DNA of 64,000 bases from Bacteroidota bacterium (GTDB lineage Bacteria > Bacteroidota > Bacteroidia > NS11-12g > UBA955): contig JAEUUL010000025.1 of assembly GCA_016787485.1 (NCBI GenBank), positions 496-64,495 on the forward strand, written 5' to 3'. The translations under genes were made by a program, and so were the position numbers. The notes below the pieces were generated by a model that made no database searches, was not told the origin of the DNA, and saw nothing but the letters and a program-made list of their open reading frames with translations. Below, piece after piece: positions 28,136 to 36,345 of the stretch. The first letter of the stretch is position 1, and every line of letters starts with the position of its first letter.

Positions 28136-28564
28136 TCAGGCCAGCAATTTTCCCAACTGCTGCAAGACGCGCATTTCACTTTTGCTTATGCGGGAAAACG
28201 CAGTAGCAATGCGTTCGGCACTTTCCAGAATCATTTTTTTCAGTTCAGGACTCATCTGCGCTGCATGATTTTTCAGGAAGAATGCGAATTCATCCATGCA
28301 TTGATCCGGGGTGGCGTCATTGAGCAACAACCAGTCAAATACAGTTTCGATATTGTAGGCGGTATCGGCTCCAAATTCATCCAGGCTGTTTTCATATTGT
28401 GTCCAAACCTGCCGAACCAGTTTTTTCAACATGTCAGTTTCTTCGGCGGTAACCTGTTTGTCCGCACTGGCAACTCCATAATACAGGTACCCCAGTTTTT
28501 GGTAAAATTCTTTCCAGGCAAATGCAGATTGGCTATTCATGGTATAAGATTGACTTTGTACCAC
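28136..28564 (-). CDS. TerB-like (tellurite-resistance TerB family) domain protein
   Basis: VASADKQVTAEETDMLKKL matches the TerB D-x-x-x-x-x-E-E-x-x-L helix motif. The call is weak. Confidence 0.45.
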   Translation of the reverse strand: MVQSQSYTMNSQSAFAWKEFYQKLGYLYYGVASADKQVTAEETDMLKKLVRQVWTQYENSLDEFGADTAYNIETVFDWLLLNDATPDQCMDEFAFFLKNHAAQMSPELKKMILESAERIATAFSRISKSEMRVLQQLGKLLA

Positions 28565-28610
28565 GAAATTAGCCGGTTAAAAATCAGGATTGATTCTAAA
28601 TTATTGGTTT

Positions 28611-30833
28611 CTAGTCGTCTTCCCGCTTTACCTGTATGTATTTGTGAGCCGATTGAATATGGGCCATCAGTTCTTCCAGGTGCTTTACGTTGTGTATAAA
28701 CACTTCCAGCCGGCCATGAAACGTGCCGTCATCATTCGCTGTAATGTTGATGCTACGCATATTCACCTCCATGTCTTTGCTTATGATGTCGGTGATACGA
28801 CTTACAATACCTACGTCGTCTATACCATGAACAGATAATTTAGCCTCAAACGGTTTGTTGTAACCATCGCTGCGCCATTGGGTGGGTATAATCCGGTAAC
28901 CATACTGACTCATCAGGCGTGTAGCGTTTGGGCAATTTGTACGGTGTATTTTTACCCCCTCGCTGATGGTAACAAATCCAAATATGGGGTCACCGGGCAG
29001 AGGATTACAGCATTTGGCCAGTGAATAGTCCATTTCAAAATCATCTCCGATGATGATGAGGCTGGCTGCTTTTTTGGTTTCTTTCCTCGGTGCCGCTTTT
29101 TGCGGAACCACCGGAGTCTGTTTATTGATTTCGGTTGCCAGTAACTGAGGTAACTTTAACTTCTCCGTTTTGATAAGTCCACTGGCCACTGCATGATAAA
29201 ACTCTGCTGGTGTGTTGTATTTAAAATGACGCACCAGTTTCTGCACATTTTTCTCATTAAATGTTTCATTCTGGTTGCGGAACTTTCGTTCGATGATTTC
29301 CCGGCCCTGCCCGGCAAGCCTGGATTTTTCTGCCCTGAGATGTTCCCTTATTTTACTCCGGGCGCGCCCGGTTTTGACAATGTTCAGCCAGTCGGGGTTT
29401 ACCCTGGGTTTTTGGGTGGTTAAGATTTCTACAATATCTCCGTTTTTGAGAATATGATTGATAGGTACCAGCTTATGGTTCACCTTGGCTCCAATGGTGG
29501 ATTTCCCCACCTCTGAGTGAATGGCAAAGGCAAAATCAAGTGCAGTGCTTCCCAACGGTAAATTTTTTACATCGCCGCGGGGCGTGAATAAATAGATTTC
29601 CTCTCCCAACAGGGAGAATCGGAATTCACTTACCAGGTCCAGCGCACTCAGGTCTTTGTTTTCCAGGGTTTCTTTTACCTGGTGCAGCCAGTTGTCAAAC
29701 GCCAGATCCTGAGGTGTGGGCTCTGTGCTGTCTGCTTTATACCGCCAGTGGGCAGCAAGTCCGCGTTCTGCAATATCGTCCATGCGTTTACTGCGTATCT
29801 GAACCTCTACCCAATTTGCCTTGGGACCCAATACTGTGCAGTGCAGGGCTTCATATCCGTTGCTTTTGGGATGGCTAAGCCAGTCTCTGAGCCGGCTCGC
29901 ATGCGTGCGGTATTTGTCCGTAACGATAGAGTACACTTTCCAGCAGTCTGCCTTTTCCAGAAAATACGGAGAGTTAACCACGACACGGATGGCAAAAACA
30001 TCATATACCTGTTCGAAGGGTATTTGTTGTTTTTTCATCTTTTGGGAAATACTGAAAATGCTTTTGGGTCTGCCTTTGATTTCAGTGATTTCCAAACCGG
30101 ATTTTTCGAGTTCTGTTTTGAGTGGTTCAATAAATTCCCGGATGTATCTCTGGCGGGCGTTTTTGCTTTCTGCGAGTTTGTTTGAGATTTCCCTGTACAG
30201 TTCCGGCTCGGTAAATTTGAGAGACAAGTCTTCCATTTCGCTTTTTATGGCATTCAGACCCAGCCGGTGGGCGAGAGGTGCATAAATGTAAAGCGTTTCC
30301 GAGGCAATTTTCAATTTGGTCTTTTCTGAAACCGAACCCAGTGTGCGCATGTTGTGAAGCCTGTCACAGAGTTTGAGCAGGATTACCCTTAGATCCTCAC
30401 CCATGGTGAGCAGCATCTTTTTAAAATTCTCGGCCTGTATGCTCTGGTCTTTATCAACCACGTCAAACATGGTCGAAATTTTAGTAAGGCCATCTATGAT
30501 GGAAGCCACGCGATTGCCAAATCTGTGCTCTATATCTTCAAGGGTATAATCTGTGTCCTCCACCACATCGTGCATAAGGGCACAGGCGGCGGAAGTGGCA
30601 CCGAGTCCAAGTTCGCCAACGGCGATTTGGGCAACAGCCAGCGGATGGAAAATGTAGGGTTCACCGCTTTTGCGCATGGTTCCTTCATGTGCCTTGGCGG
30701 CGAGTTCAAAGGCATCCCTTACAAGGTCTATTTTTTCTCTGGGTACATCGCCCAGTGAACGGAGTAAATGCCTGTACCTCCGCAGCAGTTCAGTGCGGAA
30801 TTTGGCGTAGGATTCACCCTCTAGCAATGCCAT
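28611..30833 (-). CDS. Bifunctional (p)ppGpp synthetase/hydrolase (RelA/SpoT homolog)
   Basis: HD-domain HDVVEDT, a synthetase region, then TGS and ACT-like C-terminal regions. 740 aa, collinear with Rel/SpoT. Confidence 0.95.
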   Translation of the reverse strand: MALLEGESYAKFRTELLRRYRHLLRSLGDVPREKIDLVRDAFELAAKAHEGTMRKSGEPYIFHPLAVAQIAVGELGLGATSAACALMHDVVEDTDYTLEDIEHRFGNRVASIIDGLTKISTMFDVVDKDQSIQAENFKKMLLTMGEDLRVILLKLCDRLHNMRTLGSVSEKTKLKIASETLYIYAPLAHRLGLNAIKSEMEDLSLKFTEPELYREISNKLAESKNARQRYIREFIEPLKTELEKSGLEITEIKGRPKSIFSISQKMKKQQIPFEQVYDVFAIRVVVNSPYFLEKADCWKVYSIVTDKYRTHASRLRDWLSHPKSNGYEALHCTVLGPKANWVEVQIRSKRMDDIAERGLAAHWRYKADSTEPTPQDLAFDNWLHQVKETLENKDLSALDLVSEFRFSLLGEEIYLFTPRGDVKNLPLGSTALDFAFAIHSEVGKSTIGAKVNHKLVPINHILKNGDIVEILTTQKPRVNPDWLNIVKTGRARSKIREHLRAEKSRLAGQGREIIERKFRNQNETFNEKNVQKLVRHFKYNTPAEFYHAVASGLIKTEKLKLPQLLATEINKQTPVVPQKAAPRKETKKAASLIIIGDDFEMDYSLAKCCNPLPGDPIFGFVTISEGVKIHRTNCPNATRLMSQYGYRIIPTQWRSDGYNKPFEAKLSVHGIDDVGIVSRITDIISKDMEVNMRSINITANDDGTFHGRLEVFIHNVKHLEELMAHIQSAHKYIQVKREDD

Positions 30834-30848
30834 TGGAAATCATCAGGA

Positions 30849-32216
30849 TTATTGGTGGAGGCGGGCAAAATGCCGGTAAAAATGCGGAATGGTTTCAATC
30901 CCTTTGTAATAATTGAACAAGCCATAGTGTTCATTGGGGGAATGAATGGCATCGGTATCCAGTCCAAATCCCATGAGGACTGTTTTGGTACCCAGTTCTT
31001 TTTCAAACAGGGCTACAATGGGAATGCTTCCACCGCCACGGGTAGGAATAGGATCTTTGCCAAAGGTGTCGCGCATGGCAGCCGCTGCTGCCTGATAGGC
31101 AATACTGCTGGTGGGAGTAACCACCGGTTCACCGCCGTGGTGTGGTGTAACTTTTACACGCACACCGGCAGGTGCGATGGATTCGAAATGGCGGGTAAAC
31201 AATTCTGTGATTTTCGCACTGCTCTGGTTGGGCACCAGACGCATGCTTATTTTTGCATTTGCCCGGGATGGGAGCACCGTTTTGGCCCCTTCACCGGTGT
31301 AGCCACCCCAGATTCCATTTACATCCAGTGTGGGTCGAATTCCGGTTCTCTCGATGGTGGTGTATCCCTTTTCTCCCATCACAGCATCAATATTCAATTG
31401 TTTTTTATACTCATTTTCATCAAACGGAATAGCAGACATCGCTTTCCGGTCTTCATCAGATACGGTTTCAACATCATCATAAAAACCGGGTATTGTAATA
31501 TGTCTGTTTTCATCATGCAGACTGGCAATCATGGTTGACAGAACATTTATGGGATTTGCAACAGCTCCGCCATACACGCCACTGTGCAGGTCTATATTGG
31601 GGCCGGTTACTTCTACTTCTACATAACACAGTCCGCGCAGTCCCACGTCAAGACTTGGTGTGTCATTCGCAATCATGGCTGTATCGCTGATGAGGATAAC
31701 GTCTGCACTGAGTTTTGCCCGGTTTGCACGACAATAATCGCCCAAATTTGAAGAGCCCACTTCTTCTTCACCTTCAATCATGAATTTGGCGTTGCAGGTG
31801 AGGGTTCCTGTTTGCAGCATGGTTTCCAGTGCTTTCACATGCATAAACATTTGTCCTTTGTCATCACAGGAGCCGCGGGCATAAATCTTCTCATTCCGTA
31901 TGGTGGGTTCGAATGGCGGACTATCCCACAACTCATCAGGCACACTGGGTTGCACATCGTAATGTCCGTAAACCAAAACCGTAGGCAGTGCAGGGTCAAT
32001 GATTTTTTCTCCGTATACAATGGGATTTCCTGCTGTTTCTTCCAGCACCACATTGTCGGCACCTGCAGCTCGCAAAGCATCAGCCACAGCCTCTGCGCAT
32101 CGGCGTGTGTCGCCGGCGAATTTCGGGTCTGCACTTATGCTGGGAATGCGCAACAATTCGAAGAGTTCCTGTAAAAACCGTTCTTTGTTCTGAGTGATAA
32201 AACTTGCCTGATCCAT
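30849..32216 (-). CDS. M20-family dipeptidase (ArgE/DapE/PepV-like)
   Basis: ...LVYGHYDVQP...CDDKG... shows the M20 metal-ligand motifs. Confidence 0.85.
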   Translation of the reverse strand: MDQASFITQNKERFLQELFELLRIPSISADPKFAGDTRRCAEAVADALRAAGADNVVLEETAGNPIVYGEKIIDPALPTVLVYGHYDVQPSVPDELWDSPPFEPTIRNEKIYARGSCDDKGQMFMHVKALETMLQTGTLTCNAKFMIEGEEEVGSSNLGDYCRANRAKLSADVILISDTAMIANDTPSLDVGLRGLCYVEVEVTGPNIDLHSGVYGGAVANPINVLSTMIASLHDENRHITIPGFYDDVETVSDEDRKAMSAIPFDENEYKKQLNIDAVMGEKGYTTIERTGIRPTLDVNGIWGGYTGEGAKTVLPSRANAKISMRLVPNQSSAKITELFTRHFESIAPAGVRVKVTPHHGGEPVVTPTSSIAYQAAAAAMRDTFGKDPIPTRGGGSIPIVALFEKELGTKTVLMGFGLDTDAIHSPNEHYGLFNYYKGIETIPHFYRHFARLHQ

Positions 32217-32299
32217 ATTGGCCGCAATTTACAGAAGCCATTGCATTTTTGGTATTCGGTTTGCTTACTTTACTGCAGGATTGTAATATTGAACAACGA

Positions 32300-33421
32300 A
32301 TGAGGAGGGTAATTGTATGGTTTTTTTTGCTGACGGGGTTGTGGTTTCCTGCCTTATCCCAGCCAGCGAAAACGCGCCTGGTATATGCCGATAGGAATTA
32401 TAAAGAGGTGCGGACTGCCCGGGAAGCAGTATATACGGTACAAATAGTTGAGGACAGGGATACGGTGTATTTCGAAACCTGGAATAAAACCCCCAAAGCA
32501 TTGGTAGAGAAGGGGAAATATCCCACAAATCAGGGGTATGATATGCGGAATTGTTACATGCAGCGGTTTTGGCCAGACGGGAAAATCAGGGCTGAAGGAC
32601 AGATTAAAAAGACCTGGAATGAGGGCTCATGGAGATATTATGACGAGGAAGGAATTTTGTACAGCACGGTTGAATACGAAGAGGGTTTGATGACAGGCAG
32701 GGCGGTAAGGTATTATCCCACAGGTACCCGGCGCATGTTCACATACCAGAAAAATATCAGAAACGGAGAATCTTACCTGATTGATACCGCTTCACGGATG
32801 GCGGAGGTGTGTTATTACAAAAACGATACCCTCGACGGTGTTGCCCTTGAATATTTCAATACAGGACAGTTAAGGCGCAAAACCCATTATGTAAACGGTC
32901 TTAAACGCACGGATACCCTTTTCTGGGAAAACGGGGTACCTTTTGCCTGTGAAAAATACAACACCATGGGAAGACTGGAAGGGCGTTGCATGATGTACAC
33001 CAAAACAAAGAGAATAGCCCGGTACGATGAGTACAGTGACGGTGAATTGACTCAGAATGATTGTATACACCCTCTGGCAGATGAAACCTGGGAGGGCGAC
33101 GAATGTCCGCCGCGTCTGATTGAAGCCAGTTATCCGGGTGGCATCGAAAAATACCTCGAGTATGTTTCTGCCAATCAGGATTATCCCGAAGCTGCCATAC
33201 AGTGGAAACAACAGGGTGTTGTGGAATATGAATTTACAGTAGCTCCGGATGGTTCATTGAAAGATGTAACCGAAGAAAATATCATTCCGCTTGGTTTCGG
33301 ACTGGAAAAGGAAAGTCTGCGGTTACTGCAAAAAATCAAAAAGTTTGAACCCCAGCGTATCAATGGCAGGGCAGTTCCTGTAAGGATCAGAATGCCCTAT
33401 GTTTTTGTGCTGCAGGAATAA
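32300..33421 (+). CDS. MORN/YwqK-type repeat protein fused to a TonB C-terminal domain
   Basis: Repeated G.W..Y..NG-like MORN_2 units (WRYYDEEGILYSTVEYEEGLMTGRAVRYY...). The C-terminus YPEAAIQWKQQGVVEYEFTVAPDGSL...INGRAVPVRIRMP has a TonB_C fold pattern. Internal start chosen at MRRVIVWFFLLTGLWFPALSQ. Confidence 0.6.
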   Translation: MRRVIVWFFLLTGLWFPALSQPAKTRLVYADRNYKEVRTAREAVYTVQIVEDRDTVYFETWNKTPKALVEKGKYPTNQGYDMRNCYMQRFWPDGKIRAEGQIKKTWNEGSWRYYDEEGILYSTVEYEEGLMTGRAVRYYPTGTRRMFTYQKNIRNGESYLIDTASRMAEVCYYKNDTLDGVALEYFNTGQLRRKTHYVNGLKRTDTLFWENGVPFACEKYNTMGRLEGRCMMYTKTKRIARYDEYSDGELTQNDCIHPLADETWEGDECPPRLIEASYPGGIEKYLEYVSANQDYPEAAIQWKQQGVVEYEFTVAPDGSLKDVTEENIIPLGFGLEKESLRLLQKIKKFEPQRINGRAVPVRIRMPYVFVLQE

Positions 33422-33426
33422 CAGGC

Positions 33427-34020
33427 ATGAACAAAGGCAATTTCATCTGGGCGTTACTTATCGTGGGCCTTTTCCTGGGATTCCTCCTGGGAAAATGGAT
33501 TGGCAAGCGCGATATAACCAATATATATACGGACAACCCGGAGATGGTAAAGCAGATTGCAGAGTTATCCGTGCTTGAAGTTCAGGGGACTTCGCGGTTG
33601 AATCAAAGCAATACGGATCTGAATAAATCCGTTTGGTCCGATATCAGTGATTTTTTTGGTGAACGCACATTGCAACTGGAAGTGCCTTATACGGCAAAGT
33701 ATGGAGTAGATCTGGCCAAAAGTGACCTGAAACTGAAAAAAACCGCAAGCCGCACGCTGGAAATTACCATGGAAAAACCTGCGTTGCGCAGTTTTGAAAT
33801 GCGACTGGACAAAATGCAGCAGTTCACCAAAAACGGAATGTTTGTTTTTCAGAAAGATGACAGAATGAAACTCCCGGTGCAGAAATTATATGCTGAAACC
33901 CGCGAAAAACTGAGTAAACATGACGACCACCTCAGGGAATGCCGCAATAAAATTGAGTCTGTGCTGAGTGATTATTTTAAACCACTGGAAGTTACAGTGA
34001 AAATCCGCTGGGTGAATTAG
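33427..34020 (+). CDS. N-terminally membrane-anchored protein, DUF4230-like
   Basis: One N-terminal TM and a charged/coiled body. The family assignment is tentative. Confidence 0.35.
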   Translation: MNKGNFIWALLIVGLFLGFLLGKWIGKRDITNIYTDNPEMVKQIAELSVLEVQGTSRLNQSNTDLNKSVWSDISDFFGERTLQLEVPYTAKYGVDLAKSDLKLKKTASRTLEITMEKPALRSFEMRLDKMQQFTKNGMFVFQKDDRMKLPVQKLYAETREKLSKHDDHLRECRNKIESVLSDYFKPLEVTVKIRWVN

Positions 34021-34026
34021 CTTTGC

Positions 34027-34242
34027 ATGGCAATTCCCGGAACAGGGTTGTTGCAATCTGCTATGAAAGATACCACAAGCGCCAGCATTGAAGCATTCAA
34101 AGGCAACCTGTTTATTTGGGAAGTCGTTATTACCGCCATTGTATTTGTTGCCATTTTCTATTTTTTCAAAGCCTTTAAAGCCCGTGAAACTGCGGCAAAA
34201 GAGGCTAACCGGAAATTTGAAGACCTTCTGGACAAAGACTAA
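34027..34242 (+). CDS. Small single-TM membrane protein
   Basis: 71 aa, hydrophobic core VVITAIVFVAIFYFF. Confidence 0.3.
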   Translation: MAIPGTGLLQSAMKDTTSASIEAFKGNLFIWEVVITAIVFVAIFYFFKAFKARETAAKEANRKFEDLLDKD

Positions 34243-34247
34243 GCCTC

Positions 34248-35255
34248 ATGAAACCGGGAACCCAGGCTGCCCAGAATCAAAACCTGCAGGCGCAGTGGAT
34301 TGTATGCGTTACAGCAGTAGTGCTGTTTGGCATTAAAATCAGTGCCTGGGCATTTACCCATTCAGTAGCCATACTTACAGATGCATTGGAGAGTACGGTA
34401 AATGTAATCAGTGGATTTCTGGGATTGTACAGCTTATATGTTTCCCGACGACCGCGTGATGCAGATCACCCTTACGGACATGGTAAGGTTGAATTCATCA
34501 GCGCTGCAGTGGAAGGCACTTTGATTGTTGTTGCAGGTGGTGTTATTGTGTACGAGGCTGTATTGAACATTTGGGAACCCCATAGTCTTCAGAAACTGGA
34601 CACAGGAATTATACTGGTAGCAATAGCTGGCGGAGTAAACTGGATCGTGGGTACATATGCCGGCCGGTTGGGCAAAAGAAATAAATCCCTCGCTTTGCAG
34701 GCAAGTGGCCGGCATTTGCTGTCCGATACCTGGAGTACTGTGGGAATACTTGTTGGTCTTTTTCTTATTTTGTGGTCTGGCATTCAATGGCTGGACAGTG
34801 CAACGGCCATCTTGTTTGCCGGACTCATCATCGTACAGGGAATAGGCATTGTGCGCAGGTCTGTAGCCGGTATAATGGATGAAACAGATGAACAGTTGCT
34901 GGAAGAAGTCGTGGAATGGTTACAAACGCACCGGGAGAATCGATGGATAGACCTGCACAATCTGCGCATCATTAAGTATGGCGCCGTATTGCACCTTGAT
35001 GCCCATCTCACTGTCCCATGGTATCTGAATGTGCATGAAGCTCATGCAGAGATAGACAGATTGCAGGCTACGGTTACCCAGGCTTTCGGAGAAAGTGTGG
35101 AACTGTTTGTTCATACCGATGGTTGTCTTGATTTCAGTTGCCGTATTTGCGGAATAGCAGACTGTCCGGAACGGAAGCATCCCCTGGATAGTCTGCAGAA
35201 GTGGACCATTGAGAACTTGCGTGCCAATGAAAAACACGGGAAATGGCAGAAATAA
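34248..35255 (+). CDS. Cation diffusion facilitator (CDF) family metal efflux transporter with a Cys-rich C-terminal tail
   Basis: TM region with the HSVAILTDALES...HPYGHGK metal-site motifs. The C-terminus is CLDFSCRICGIADCPERKH. Confidence 0.85.
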   Translation: MKPGTQAAQNQNLQAQWIVCVTAVVLFGIKISAWAFTHSVAILTDALESTVNVISGFLGLYSLYVSRRPRDADHPYGHGKVEFISAAVEGTLIVVAGGVIVYEAVLNIWEPHSLQKLDTGIILVAIAGGVNWIVGTYAGRLGKRNKSLALQASGRHLLSDTWSTVGILVGLFLILWSGIQWLDSATAILFAGLIIVQGIGIVRRSVAGIMDETDEQLLEEVVEWLQTHRENRWIDLHNLRIIKYGAVLHLDAHLTVPWYLNVHEAHAEIDRLQATVTQAFGESVELFVHTDGCLDFSCRICGIADCPERKHPLDSLQKWTIENLRANEKHGKWQK

Positions 35256-35554
35256 ATTCACAAAAGTCTGTGCTTCATACATGTAAGAATGGGCATTCCT
35301 TTTCCAGGGCAGGAAACTGTACCGTTTGCCCGATTTGCGACAAAGCTGCGTCAAAGTCAGAAAAAATATGGACAAACTTGTCTGCACCAGCCAGGCGTGC
35401 TTTGCATGCAAACGGTATAGACACAGTTGAAAAAATTTCGACAATAACCAAACGCGAACTTGTGTCATGGCATGGAATAGGGCCTTCCGCACTGCGCCTC
35501 ATAGAGCAGCAAATGGCAAGCTGTGGTGTGGGTTTTGCGGAAATCCCGGATTAA
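35243..35554 (+). CDS. Small zinc-ribbon + helix-hairpin-helix protein (RNA polymerase alpha-CTD-like)
   Basis: HTCKNGHSF...CTVCPIC zinc ribbon, then an HhH segment (LSAPARRALHANGIDTVEKI...WHGIGPSAL). Its start overlaps the CDF stop. Confidence 0.45.
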   Translation: MAEINSQKSVLHTCKNGHSFSRAGNCTVCPICDKAASKSEKIWTNLSAPARRALHANGIDTVEKISTITKRELVSWHGIGPSALRLIEQQMASCGVGFAEIPD

Positions 35555-36204
35555 ATCCGGATCACTTTAATATCCCCTTCCACCACCAACCGGCCAAGTG
35601 TTTTTGCCCTGATTTCGTCTATGGTGACATCTTCTGCCATTTCACGCAGTTCAAAGCCGCGTTCTGTAATGTCAAAAACACCCAACTCTGTCACTACCTT
35701 TTTTACACATTTCAGTCCGGTAATGGGCAGGGTACATTCTGGCAATAATTTGCTTTCGCCGGCGCGGTTTGTATGCTGCATGGCCACAATAATATTTCTG
35801 GCTGAGGCCACCAAATCCATGGCGCCGCCCATACCTTTCACCATTTTGCCGGGGATTTTCCAATTGGCAATATCTCCGCGGTCACTCACTTCCATGGCAC
35901 CCAGCACGGTGAGATCCACCTTACCTGCCCGAATCATACCGAAACTGGTGGCGCTGTCGAAGATGCTGGAACCTTTTACCATGGTGATGGTCTGTTTACC
36001 AGCATTGATCAGGTCCGGATCCTCATCTCCTTCAAACGGGAATGGCCCCATACCCAGCAGTCCGTTTTCACTTTGGAGCACTACTTCCATCCCTTCGGGT
36101 ATGTAGTTAGCCACCAGGGTGGGTATACCTATACCGAGGTTTACATAAAATCCGTCCTGCAATTCCTGGGCAATGCGCCTGGCGATTCCGTACTTATCCA
36201 GCAT
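35551..36204 (-). CDS. scoB: 3-oxoacid CoA-transferase subunit B
   Basis: 217 aa with ...ENGLLGMGP... and the ...SDRGDIANW... motif characteristic of family I CoA-transferase beta subunits. Confidence 0.88.
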   Translation of the reverse strand: MLDKYGIARRIAQELQDGFYVNLGIGIPTLVANYIPEGMEVVLQSENGLLGMGPFPFEGDEDPDLINAGKQTITMVKGSSIFDSATSFGMIRAGKVDLTVLGAMEVSDRGDIANWKIPGKMVKGMGGAMDLVASARNIIVAMQHTNRAGESKLLPECTLPITGLKCVKKVVTELGVFDITERGFELREMAEDVTIDEIRAKTLGRLVVEGDIKVIRI

Positions 36205-36345
36205 ACTGCCTGCAAAATTGCGCCTTTTCTCTCAATATTTCATCTACAACTCGTCCATGTATTTTAGCCATTCAACATCATTTTACCACCATTCAGCAGC
36301 CTTATCTTCGGGCAGGTGATCCAGTGTACCCAATTTTGCTGCATG

